DNA of 64,000 bases from a virus, in the IMG/VR virus record IMGVR_UViG_3300049893_000724, positions 1-64,000 of that record; one strand, written 5' to 3'. Shown here piece after piece: positions 28,696 through 36,307 of this stretch. The position numbers were made by a program, and so were the translations under genes. A model generated the notes under the pieces. The model was not told where the DNA came from. It saw nothing but the letters and a program-made list of their open reading frames with translations, and made no database searches. Numbering within the stretch: the stretch's first letter is position 1; every line of letters starts with the position of its first letter.

Positions 28696-29631
28696 TCACT
28701 CTTCAGCAAGACGCTGGAAGTAGGCAAGAGCATCATCTTCATCCTCATCAACTTCTTTAGTGACTACAGGAAGTGAAGGGGACTTAGAACGAGCATAGGA
28801 CTCTTCCAGTTCCTTTACAACAGCACTTTCTTTGTTTTCAGTATAGTTGTCATACTCAGTCTCTTCCTCGACAGAGGACATACGGGGAGTGCCTTTTTGT
28901 CCAAGAACATACTTCAGACGCTTTTCAAGTTCTTCATAGGACTTGAATTGGTCAGGAGCAGTAATGGCAGTCAGTGAATACTGCTTTTTCCACAGTGCTT
29001 CAAGAGCATCATCATCGTCCAGGAGAGGTTCAACCGAACCAAACTCAGACTTATCATAGTTCCAATAACCATCCTTTTTCACAATCTTCAGTTTGAAGTT
29101 AGCGCCCTGCCAGAAATCAAAAGGATTGATAGGCGTTTCATCCTCAAACTCAGGTTGCATAGCTTCCATAATTTTATCAAAGATCTTCTTGCCATACTTA
29201 AACAGGAAGACACGACCTTCATTTGCAGGATTTGCAGGATCTTTTACCACATAGATGTTAGAGTAATAAGACAGTTTACGCTTCTGCTTACGAACAGTTT
29301 CTTTGTTTGCTTCAGTTCCACTGTTCCAGAGTTCGCGGTTGTACTCGCCAAGAGGATCCTTCTGACCAACAGTGGTCAGAGAGTTTTCAATGTACCAACC
29401 ACCAGGACCTTGGAAGGCATGGGAATACATTTTTGCCCAGGGAAGTTCTTCACCCTCAGGAGCAGGAAGGAAACGAATGACTGCAAAACCATTGCCAGTC
29501 TTATCCATTTCAGGTTTCCAGAGACGCTCATCTGCGCCACCAGAAGTTGTACTCATCTTCTCTACTTCTTTAACCAGTTTCTGTGTAAGAGAACCCAGAG
29601 AAGATTGCTTTTTAAGATCTTTAAAAGACAT
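28696..29631 (-). CDS. gp32: Single-stranded DNA-binding protein gp32
   Basis: MSFKDLKKQ...DERLWKPEMDKTGNGFAVIRFLPAP...YIENSLTT...acidic C-terminus; start moved to MSF at 29631. Confidence 0.95.
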   Translation of the reverse strand: MSFKDLKKQSSLGSLTQKLVKEVEKMSTTSGGADERLWKPEMDKTGNGFAVIRFLPAPEGEELPWAKMYSHAFQGPGGWYIENSLTTVGQKDPLGEYNRELWNSGTEANKETVRKQKRKLSYYSNIYVVKDPANPANEGRVFLFKYGKKIFDKIMEAMQPEFEDETPINPFDFWQGANFKLKIVKKDGYWNYDKSEFGSVEPLLDDDDALEALWKKQYSLTAITAPDQFKSYEELEKRLKYVLGQKGTPRMSSVEEETEYDNYTENKESAVVKELEESYARSKSPSLPVVTKEVDEDEDDALAYFQRLAEE

Positions 29632-29677
29632 TAGATTACCTCGTATTTGTACGGATTTGGCTTTTGTGTACTTCGTT

Positions 29678-29706
29678 ATTCTACAGGTCGGAACCTGTCT
29701 TGTCAA
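29678..29706 (-). promoter_or_regulatory. sigma70-type promoter for gp32
   Basis: TTGACA-N17-TAGAAT; spacer contains inverted repeat ACAGGT/ACCTGT. Confidence 0.75.
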
Positions 29707-30025
29707 TCTGTGCTTTCATCACTTCCAGCATTTTAGTCATGTTAGAGAAAATAACATTCATATCAACACCAGGAGGAAGTCCCATCATTCTAGCTGAATC
29801 TGAAATACGTTCTTTCATTTCCTGCGCTTCAGGGTCATCAGACAAACTCATACGAGTATACAAAACCTGTTGCTTGCTCAATAGTTTTTCAAGAAGATTT
29901 ACATGGTGAATTTTATCCTCCTTCGTCATTGAAGGAAACTTAAAAACACTTCCATAAATTTCCTCTTGCAGTTCAGAGATTTCTGCCATCTCTGCACGAA
30001 CAAATTCGGAATCAAAAAAACTCAT
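29681..30025 (-). CDS. DUF1825-family protein
   Basis: MSFFDSEFVRAEMAEI...LYTRMSLSDDPEA matches the cyanobacterial/cyanophage DUF1825 pattern. Confidence 0.7.
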   Translation of the reverse strand: MSFFDSEFVRAEMAEISELQEEIYGSVFKFPSMTKEDKIHHVNLLEKLLSKQQVLYTRMSLSDDPEAQEMKERISDSARMMGLPPGVDMNVIFSNMTKMLEVMKAQIDKTGSDL

Positions 30026-30618
30026 GCGTCTCCTAAAATAACTTCCTTTAAAATATTTTTATAACGCTGTACATTAATATTTAGAAACGGGTTATACTTT
30101 TTAATTTTACGACTTACGGTTTCCCACACTGGGTCCTTCAGTTTCTTATCAAAAGTATTCCCGTACAGGAATATTCTATCGTAAATCACCATAGTTTCAA
30201 GACTTATCTTACCGCTCAGGAACTTTTTAAGAACAGGTGGATGTCCCATAGAGCAGTTGAATACTTCTTCAAACTTATGTTGTTCAAAGAGTTGTTGAGT
30301 TTCTTCTTTGAAGATATAAGATAAAGACTGAACTTTCTTTTGCCATTGTTGATATCTATCTTCTCCTTCTTTCATGATTTCACCAATCCACAGCGACTCT
30401 GGATTGCTACAGGAGACAAAATTAGCAACAAAAAAATCTACAACTTCTTTATCTGTTTTGTTTCTTGCAAACTTCTCAAACCAAAAGCGATCTTTACGTT
30501 TATAGAAAGATTGAACAGTTGCTCTACTTTTTCCACAATACTTGTGATAGTCATAACTATCTTTTGTAAAATGGTTCTTTAGAGCAAGATATTCACGATA
30601 TGCATCAAAAGGCATCAT
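30022..30618 (-). CDS. gp59: Helicase loader gp59
   Basis: FDAYREYLALKNHFTKDSYDY...FYKRKDRFWFEK...ISLETMVI. Confidence 0.9.
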   Translation of the reverse strand: MMPFDAYREYLALKNHFTKDSYDYHKYCGKSRATVQSFYKRKDRFWFEKFARNKTDKEVVDFFVANFVSCSNPESLWIGEIMKEGEDRYQQWQKKVQSLSYIFKEETQQLFEQHKFEEVFNCSMGHPPVLKKFLSGKISLETMVIYDRIFLYGNTFDKKLKDPVWETVSRKIKKYNPFLNINVQRYKNILKEVILGDA

Positions 30619-30876
30619 TCAAAAAATTAATTTAGCACGGGATGTTTTCTTAAGAAAATTAAGTTCCATTGCTTCGTACTTAATTTTCTCTTTTAATGGT
30701 TTTGAAATCAGTTTGGGAACAGACTCTACATCAATATTGTTCTGCTCACAGAAATGAATAATCGCATCGATATAGTTCATATCGGGATTTGTTTGAACTA
30801 ACTTTTCAATTTCTTGTGCGAATCTTGATGGGCAAAAGAATTTGCTCTCTAGAACCTTCTCTAATTCATTCTCCAT
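30619..30876 (-). CDS. gp33: Late transcription co-activator gp33
   Basis: FAQEIEKLV...YIDAIIHFCEQNNIDVESVPKLISKPLKEKIKYEAMELNFL; start moved to MENEL. Confidence 0.9.
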   Translation of the reverse strand: MENELEKVLESKFFCPSRFAQEIEKLVQTNPDMNYIDAIIHFCEQNNIDVESVPKLISKPLKEKIKYEAMELNFLKKTSRAKLIF

Positions 30877-31546
30877 CTTGCCTAGTATTGTGACGTACAA
30901 ATTCTTTGATATACCGAACTAATAACTTAATATAATCCCCTTTGTTTCTTTTGTCAAATATTTTGACTTCACCACCAGGAGTTACCATAATAGTGATAAG
31001 TTTTACTGGAACAATATCAGTTAGTTCGTAGTATGCAGCAGCATAGAATGTTTCTTGAACGAAATAGTTTTCAATCCATTCTTCTGGTTTAATTTTTTCT
31101 GAAGTCTTAAAGTCAATCACTGCAAGTTCGCCTTCATATTCAGCGATACAATCTACTCTACCTGCCAGTCCAAGATACTCTGAGTAGAGTGTGCGTTCAA
31201 TTGCGTGTATGTTATTTATCTTATCAAGATAAGGCTTTGCGTGATAGAACATAAACTTTGTCAGGGGTTGATAGTCATCCCAGTTAAGTTCTTTGTTCTC
31301 AAGATAGTCTTGACAGACTTGGTGAAAGTCTGTACCCCTTGCTGTTGCCTTCTTTGTGATACGATTTGCTTCTTCAAGTCCAACACGCTCACGCCACTTT
31401 GCAAAGATTTGGCGATTATAGAATGAAGTCACAGAGGTAATAGAAGGCACCCAAGCTCCATTTGGAAGATTGTAGAGACGGATGCCATTCTGTTCTTTCT
31501 TTTCTAATTCAAGTTCACCTAAGTAATTACAATGAATAAAACTCAT
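30866..31546 (-). CDS. PD-(D/E)XK exonuclease
   Basis: PSITSVT...ATARGTDFH...LAGRVDCIAEYEGELAVIDFKTS. Confidence 0.85.
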   Translation of the reverse strand: MSFIHCNYLGELELEKKEQNGIRLYNLPNGAWVPSITSVTSFYNRQIFAKWRERVGLEEANRITKKATARGTDFHQVCQDYLENKELNWDDYQPLTKFMFYHAKPYLDKINNIHAIERTLYSEYLGLAGRVDCIAEYEGELAVIDFKTSEKIKPEEWIENYFVQETFYAAAYYELTDIVPVKLITIMVTPGGEVKIFDKRNKGDYIKLLVRYIKEFVRHNTRQDGE

Positions 31547-32298
31547 ACACCAACTTCCATTTTCGCTAGGATATATTCTTTCACTAATCCAGAGCGAACA
31601 ATGTCTTCAACTCCAAATTCAATAATATCAACTGAAGGCATAATGCGAAGAACTTTCATAAAATCAATAATTCCATTCTTCTCATTTGTTTTAACAAGGT
31701 CAGATTGTGTTGCGTCTCCACAGAACATAATCTTACTGTTTTCACCAACACGAGTAATTATACTATCAAGTTCGTGATAGTTCAAGTTTTGAAATTCATC
31801 AACAAGAATGATTGAATTATCCAGAGTTGTACCGCGAATAAACGAAGTACTCCAAAAACTAATCGTTCCTTGTGTTTTAAGGTTACCATAGAGCATTTCA
31901 AAATCTGCGTCTGTTGGCAACTCAAACATAAACTTTACCATGTTCTTATATGGAATTTGGTAAAGTGATGACTTATCTTCATGGTCTCCAGGGAGAAAAC
32001 CAATTTCACGGGTAGCAACAAGAGACCTAACAATATAGATTTTTTCGTAAGGAGATCTTTCGTCAAGAACATCTCTCAGTGCATTGTAGAGTGCAATGAA
32101 CGTTTTACCCGTTCCAGCACATCCATATGCAACAATATTTTGATCCAATTTATAGGACTTAAAAAACTCTTCTTGATTATCAGTAAGAGGATCAATAGTC
32201 CTCATCAAATCAGAGTTAATAGGTTTTTTACGTTTCATTTGTTTATTACTCATACCAAATGGAACTGGTGTTTTTGGAGTGTTTCTTTTTGCTGGCAT
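31543..32298 (-). CDS. phoH: PhoH-family ATPase
   Basis: GCAGTGKT Walker A; REIGFLPG; IRGTTL; DEFQNL; GDATQSDL; IVRSGLV. Confidence 0.95.
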   Translation of the reverse strand: MPAKRNTPKTPVPFGMSNKQMKRKKPINSDLMRTIDPLTDNQEEFFKSYKLDQNIVAYGCAGTGKTFIALYNALRDVLDERSPYEKIYIVRSLVATREIGFLPGDHEDKSSLYQIPYKNMVKFMFELPTDADFEMLYGNLKTQGTISFWSTSFIRGTTLDNSIILVDEFQNLNYHELDSIITRVGENSKIMFCGDATQSDLVKTNEKNGIIDFMKVLRIMPSVDIIEFGVEDIVRSGLVKEYILAKMEVGV

Positions 32299-32305
32299 AG
32301 GAGTA

Positions 32306-32554
32306 TCAAATTGGTTTTACTTTAGATCCAGGTGCTTTCGATGCTTTATGTAAAACATCATTCCATCCTGGATGGGACTTTTTCAGTCTGTCATAAATTT
32401 CACCAACTTCTCCTGCAGAAGGACATGTTGATGGATCTGACCAATCTCTATCCCAATCTGGATTATCTTTCTTCCACTGATCCCAGTCATGAACACTCAT
32501 GCTCACTTCTTTCTGTTCACCAGTAGTTTTGTTAATAACAGGATATGTTGCCAT
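32306..32554 (-). CDS. Conserved cyanophage hypothetical protein
   Basis: 82-aa ORF; ATAAATA at 32577-32583 upstream. Confidence 0.75.
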   Translation of the reverse strand: MATYPVINKTTGEQKEVSMSVHDWDQWKKDNPDWDRDWSDPSTCPSAGEVGEIYDRLKKSHPGWNDVLHKASKAPGSKVKPI

Positions 32555-32579
32555 AAATTACATAAAAATATAGGAATAT

Positions 32580-33269
32580 TTATTCAATGGTAATTGAAGG
32601 TGCGTCTACACATTCAGAACACCCATCACGTTTCCATCCAAGTGCTTCTGATACTGCAGGAAATTGGCAAGTAAAAATACAACGAATCAACTCTGCGATT
32701 TCCATATGTTCTTTTTGAGTTCCGTGTGCAGAACGAAGATCAATATAATGGATCCACGAACGCACAGAGCCGGTCATATAGAGGCGTGTGGGCGTCGCTA
32801 AGGGCAGTACGAACCTTGCACACTCTTTTGCCACTCCCTTGTCTAGAAGACGATTATAGATGCGTAGAGACTGCTCAAAATGCATTCTAATGTCTTCACA
32901 CAAAGTCAGTTTCAAATAATCAGGAATATCATCAATACTGTTCTGACGATTTTTAGTATCCTGACGACGCAACTCAGGAAGAGGAATAGATTTACCTAAA
33001 AGACTTGCATCAGCATAGCGTTGTGAAAATTCTTGATATGTGAAAGAACGATGGCGAAGGATTTGAGCCGCGATGCCACGAGTCGTGTTAATCTCCACTG
33101 TCATCGTCGCTTGTTCGAAGATGCTCCAGTGTTGATGCTGAATACAATACTTAAGAAGACCGGAGAACTTTTCGTTTTCTTGATTAGCAGGATTACTCAC
33201 ACGGGCACAGTATGCCATATGCTTTTCTGCATCTGGAGTAACACTAATGAGTTTTACTTCTGGTTTCAT
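32580..33269 (-). CDS. thyX: FAD-dependent thymidylate synthase ThyX
   Basis: HWSIFEQA; RHRSFTYQEFSQRY; KECARFVLP; LRSAHGTQKEH; start moved to MKPEVKL. Confidence 0.95.
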   Translation of the reverse strand: MKPEVKLISVTPDAEKHMAYCARVSNPANQENEKFSGLLKYCIQHQHWSIFEQATMTVEINTTRGIAAQILRHRSFTYQEFSQRYADASLLGKSIPLPELRRQDTKNRQNSIDDIPDYLKLTLCEDIRMHFEQSLRIYNRLLDKGVAKECARFVLPLATPTRLYMTGSVRSWIHYIDLRSAHGTQKEHMEIAELIRCIFTCQFPAVSEALGWKRDGCSECVDAPSITIE

Positions 33270-33279
33270 AAACTCAAAC

Positions 33280-33459
33280 TCAGTCGGGATATCCATCATC
33301 ATCTCCATCATAAAATACTTCGTCGTAATCAGAAATGTAAGGTGCTACTTCTTCGTAGGATGCTTTATATGCGTCCACGTCTGAGTAAACTTCAGACTTT
33401 AAAGAGTCAACTAGTAACTCCAAATTATGGACGATCAGTTTAAGTTTTTCTTTGTCCAT
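33280..33459 (-). CDS. Acidic hypothetical protein (59 aa)
   Basis: Manually translated MDKEKLKLIVHNLELLVDSLKSEVYSD...DGDDDGYPD, 22 nt after a consensus promoter. Confidence 0.7.
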   Translation of the reverse strand: MDKEKLKLIVHNLELLVDSLKSEVYSDVDAYKASYEEVAPYISDYDEVFYDGDDDGYPD

Positions 33460-33480
33460 TTTTATAACACTGACGTAACA

Positions 33481-33509
33481 ATTATAGTTAAAAAAAAGGG
33501 AGGTGTCAA
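33481..33509 (-). promoter_or_regulatory. Perfect sigma70 consensus promoter
   Basis: TTGACA-N17-TATAAT, overlapping the upstream terminator. Confidence 0.85.
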
Positions 33510-33515
33510 CCTCCC
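33490..33515 (-). terminator. Rho-independent terminator of the riboswitch operon
   Basis: GGGAGGU-UGAC-ACCUCCC followed by U8. Confidence 0.85.
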
Positions 33516-33522
33516 AGAGTTA

Positions 33523-33621
33523 TTATTTTGCTGCTACTAGCGTAGCAAGAGATGCCTTTTGGCGTCTCTCTTCTTTTTGTTTTTGTTCTTTAATGATTTG
33601 TAGGAAGTTAAGTTTCTTCAT
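33523..33621 (-). CDS. Small basic peptide (32 aa)
   Basis: MKKLNFLQIIKEQKQKEERRQKASLATLVAAK; ATGA overlap with upstream stop. Confidence 0.65.
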   Translation of the reverse strand: MKKLNFLQIIKEQKQKEERRQKASLATLVAAK

Positions 33622-33770
33622 TTTACCCTCTCCATGGAAGACTTGTTTCCATTTTCATCAACATAAAACATTGTTCCACGGTAGATTTCTACGTGTGGTT
33701 CACGCTTAAATGTTTGATTGGGGCGTTCGATGGTGTTATATTCTACACCACGGTATACTACTTTTGACAT
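33618..33770 (-). CDS. DUF4278-like small protein (50 aa)
   Basis: MSKVVYRGVEYNT...EIYRGTMFY with two YRG motifs; AAGGAG SD; directly downstream of glnA aptamers. Confidence 0.8.
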   Translation of the reverse strand: MSKVVYRGVEYNTIERPNQTFKREPHVEIYRGTMFYVDENGNKSSMERVK

Positions 33771-33801
33771 TAGGTTTCTCCTTAATGGTTTAGGTTAAAG
33801 A

Positions 33802-33855
33802 GCGTTCCTTCAGTCGGCGTTTGCGTTCGCTATTTGAGAATAGCGAATGAACGAT
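33802..33855 (-). ncRNA. Glutamine riboswitch aptamer (glnA motif), compact copy
   Basis: AUCGUUCA-UUCGCUAUU-CUCA-AAUAGCGAA-CGCAAACGCCGACUGAAG-GAACG: P1 CGUUC/GAACG, 9-bp P2, conserved 3' GCCGACUGAAGGAACG. Confidence 0.85.
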
Positions 33856-34105
33856 CCGTTCCGCGTCGGCTTACTTCCGTCCTATTCAGTTCAGCACCTA
33901 GTCACAACATCCTTTCGGAGTTCTAATAGCAGTCGGTCTTCCATCTTTTGGTAAACTACATCGTCGTTTTTAACAATGTCCATTAGTTCCCACGCCGCAT
34001 TGCAACTTATTCTAACTGGATATTCAGTTTTAAGTTGCGGTGAGGCAAAAGAAAGAAGTGGAACCCATGCTAAAAGCAAAAGTGCTTTAGTCATAGGATG
34101 AACGG
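33856..34105 (-). ncRNA. Split glnA-type glutamine aptamer with an ORF in the P2 loop
   Basis: 5' half CCGUUCA-UCCUAU (34105-34093); 3' half AUAGGA-CGGAAGUAAGCCGACGCG-GAACGG (33885-33856); P1 and P2 each give 6 perfect pairs. Confidence 0.7.
33891..34094 (-). CDS. 67-aa protein with signal-peptide-like N-terminus, embedded in the first aptamer
   Basis: MTKALLLLAWVPLLSFAS then ...SC...TRC; AUG lies in the P2 5' strand, stop 5 nt before the P2 3' strand. Confidence 0.65.
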   Translation of the reverse strand: MTKALLLLAWVPLLSFASPQLKTEYPVRISCNAAWELMDIVKNDDVVYQKMEDRLLLELRKDVVTRC

Positions 34106-34114
34106 TAGGGGATT

Positions 34115-34143
34115 ATTATACCCCTATTCAACCTATATAGCAA
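34115..34143 (-). promoter_or_regulatory. sigma70-type promoter of the riboswitch operon
   Basis: TTGCTA-N17-TATAAT; predicted start about 34108-34106, immediately before aptamer P1. Confidence 0.7.
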
Positions 34144-34152
34144 GTTTTGTGT

Positions 34153-34166
34153 GTATTTCCTGATAC
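34153..34166. promoter_or_regulatory. NtcA binding site
   Basis: tGTA-TCAGGAAA-TACa (GTA-N8-TAC with T/A flanks), 32 nt upstream of the -10 element. Confidence 0.65.
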
Positions 34167-34173
34167 AATTTTC

Positions 34174-34500
34174 CTATCGCTCAATATAACTTAACGTATG
34201 ATTGGTTGCGTAAAGTTGTTGAATGATAATATCACATCCAATCTTAGGATTACAATCTCCACAGGTATATACATCAACTGCTGCTTTACCTTCTTCGGGC
34301 CAAGTATGAATACTAATATGACTTTCAGACAATAAACAAATCACAGTAACTCCTTGTGGTTCAAACTTTTTTGAAATTGTTTGAACCACTGTAGCACCAC
34401 TTGCTACCGCTGCATTTTCTAATAGGTCTATAAGGCAACGTTCATCGTCCAAAAGAACAAACGAACAACCATATAAATTAAGTAGATAATGTTTCCCCAT
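34174..34500 (-). CDS. speD: S-adenosylmethionine decarboxylase proenzyme
   Basis: GKHYLLNLYGC...FEPQGVTVICLLSESHISIHTWPE...DVYTCG. Confidence 0.92.
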   Translation of the reverse strand: MGKHYLLNLYGCSFVLLDDERCLIDLLENAAVASGATVVQTISKKFEPQGVTVICLLSESHISIHTWPEEGKAAVDVYTCGDCNPKIGCDIIIQQLYATNHTLSYIER

Positions 34501-34714
34501 TCTCTTCTGCTTCTTTAATCAATTGACTCACATACGTTTCAGTTCCATCCATAGTCTTAACTTCAAAAATTGAAGATCTTTGGTACTTTTTTATCTTCTT
34601 ATATCTTTTAAGAAGTTTTTTTACCTCTTCTTTGTAAATTGCAACTTCAATTTTTTCTTCACTAAAACCTTCACTCATTTTCTTTTTTTCTTTTCTGGTT
34701 GTTTGTATCCCCAA
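34478..34714 (-). CDS. Hypothetical protein
   Basis: ORF track; true start may be MSEGF. Confidence 0.6.
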   Translation of the reverse strand: MGIQTTRKEKKKMSEGFSEEKIEVAIYKEEVKKLLKRYKKIKKYQRSSIFEVKTMDGTETYVSQLIKEAEENGETLST

Positions 34715-35025
34715 AGTTTAGGGTTAGTTCTACCGTATCCAAAATCAATTTTTTGGACTGCACCTGGACCATACTTATCATAGTACATATCAAAGATACG
34801 TACTCTAGTACCTCTTACGAGATCGATATAATCTTTTCCATCAAGATTGTACCAAATCAAATAGGCATCATTTGGAAAAGAAGAATCTTTTGCAGTTTCA
34901 ACCGTTGTTTTTTCTAGAAGAATTTCGCATCCATAGTTGCTGGGCAGAACACTTCTGTCTTCTCTTCCATTATCTGCCATACGCTTCTCCGTACTTACTG
35001 CAACTGTCATGAACGCCCACCCCAT
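34675..35025 (-). CDS. Conserved cyanophage hypothetical protein
   Basis: PNDAYLIWY...DLVRG...FDMYYDKYG...GYGRTNPKLWG. Confidence 0.7.
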   Translation of the reverse strand: MGWAFMTVAVSTEKRMADNGREDRSVLPSNYGCEILLEKTTVETAKDSSFPNDAYLIWYNLDGKDYIDLVRGTRVRIFDMYYDKYGPGAVQKIDFGYGRTNPKLWGYKQPEKKKRK

Positions 35026-35585
35026 TGAATATCGGGGTATGCCTCTTTTACATTTTCATGAGTGATTTTGTATTTAGTTTGTAACTTCTTATCCTTTACA
35101 AGGCACAGTAGTTCTGCTTCTCTGGGATGCAAACCTTCAAGAAGGTTAATGAACATCATTTCTCTACGAATAGTTGTCAGAGAATTGTTACCACCACGAA
35201 CATAGTGATAAAGATTTTGATACTCTCTTCGAAGAGAAGTTTTTCCAAGACCCTGAAGGTCTTGAGTAGTTGCAGATTCTCCACCTGCAGCTTCTCTAGA
35301 AAGATTATCAGAAAGATTTCCAGAATAAACGTTTTGATCTTTTACATCACCATAAGGAACAGGTCCCTCTGGGAGAAGAGAGATTACAGTCTCATCAAAA
35401 TTCCAAATCAAAACAGATTTAATAGAGGGATGCTCGTAAGTTTTTAAAACCTCTACTTTCTTTTCATTACTTCTTTGTTTTGATGCAAGTTCTAGAACTT
35501 CAAAAACAAATGGATTTGTGGGAAGAGATGGGATTGGTTCTTCAGTCTTCTTCCTCGTCTTCGTAGTCGTCATAGTCATTTTCAA
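35007..35585 (-). CDS. Conserved T4-like cyanophage hypothetical protein
   Basis: SVLIWNFDETVISLLPEGPVPY...RREMMFINLLEGLHPREAELL. Confidence 0.75.
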   Translation of the reverse strand: MKMTMTTTKTRKKTEEPIPSLPTNPFVFEVLELASKQRSNEKKVEVLKTYEHPSIKSVLIWNFDETVISLLPEGPVPYGDVKDQNVYSGNLSDNLSREAAGGESATTQDLQGLGKTSLRREYQNLYHYVRGGNNSLTTIRREMMFINLLEGLHPREAELLCLVKDKKLQTKYKITHENVKEAYPDIQWGGRS

Positions 35586-35763
35586 ATCGTACTGCTAAAA
35601 TTTCGTCTGGTATTACATTCCCATTTGAGTCAAACATCTCTGGGTGTGTATAGACTGGCGAAGTTTGATAAAAATGCTCCTTTGCCATCCATCCTATTAC
35701 TCCACCAACAAAAAAGAACATTATAGAAACTAGAGTGCCGATGGTGAGTGTTACTGCTAACAT
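35542..35763 (-). CDS. Small membrane protein
   Basis: One N-terminal TM helix, HPEMFDSNG motif, acidic tail. Confidence 0.7.
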   Translation of the reverse strand: MLAVTLTIGTLVSIMFFFVGGVIGWMAKEHFYQTSPVYTHPEMFDSNGNVIPDEILAVRFENDYDDYEDEEED

Positions 35764-35781
35764 TTTCCTTCTCCAGAGAGT

Positions 35782-36006
35782 TTATTTTTTCCTAATATCA
35801 AAATGAAATTCTATAAAGAAGTGAAACTCTCTGCGGAATAGAGAGATCATCTTACCAAACTTCACTTGAAAAGTCTTTGGTTTTTCTGATCTTCTCCTCC
35901 TATTGCGTAATAATAATTCAACACCCCGATTAATCTGGGGTTCTGACTTATTTAGTTTGCTTCTTGCGTCTTCCTGGTCGTCTATCATGACTGTATTTCC
36001 AGGCAT
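35782..36006 (-). CDS. Hypothetical protein
   Basis: INRGVELLLRNRRRR...FRREFHFFIEFHFDIR. Confidence 0.6.
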   Translation of the reverse strand: MPGNTVMIDDQEDARSKLNKSEPQINRGVELLLRNRRRRSEKPKTFQVKFGKMISLFRREFHFFIEFHFDIRKK

Positions 36007-36307
36007 CTTCTAGGATGCTATACAAATAGTTTCTAATTTTTCTTGCTTCGGGTTTTGGTAGATAACCATATCCCTCACGAAGTTGTTTATGTATTTCATC
36101 AGCGCCACCTTCAAGATAGTCATCAAGATCCATTACAAGGCTATTAATTTCATTTGCAGTGGCACTTTCAATAAACTCTTCAACTTCGTGGCGTTTTGTT
36201 CCACGAATTTTTAAGTAATCATAGAACTTTAAAACAAATTGTCCTTTGAAAGCATAGTCGATTGCTTTCTCAACATCACCATAAACTTCGTGAAAATTGC
36301 TGTCCAT
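35948..36307 (-). CDS. Conserved cyanophage hypothetical protein
   Basis: 119-aa ORF abutting glutaredoxin. Confidence 0.7.
   Translation of the reverse strand: MDSNFHEVYGDVEKAIDYAFKGQFVLKFYDYLKIRGTKRHEVEEFIESATANEINSLVMDLDDYLEGGADEIHKQLREGYGYLPKPEARKIRNYLYSILEDAWKYSHDRRPGRRKKQTK

Noticed and set aside
29632-29706. 25-aa N-terminal extension of gp32 in the ORF track
   Set aside because: Overlaps the promoter and the DUF1825 gene; MSF start has a GAGG SD
29155-29909. Three plus-strand ORFs over gp32/DUF1825
   Set aside because: Antisense to well-supported genes
33270-33311. Met-rich N-terminal extension of ThyX
   Set aside because: Lies within the acidic tail of the upstream 59-aa gene in another frame
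34106-34125. AGGGG-TATAATAAT-CCCCT hairpin as a terminator
   Set aside because: No U-tract, and its 5' arm lies upstream of the predicted transcription start; treated as part of the promoter
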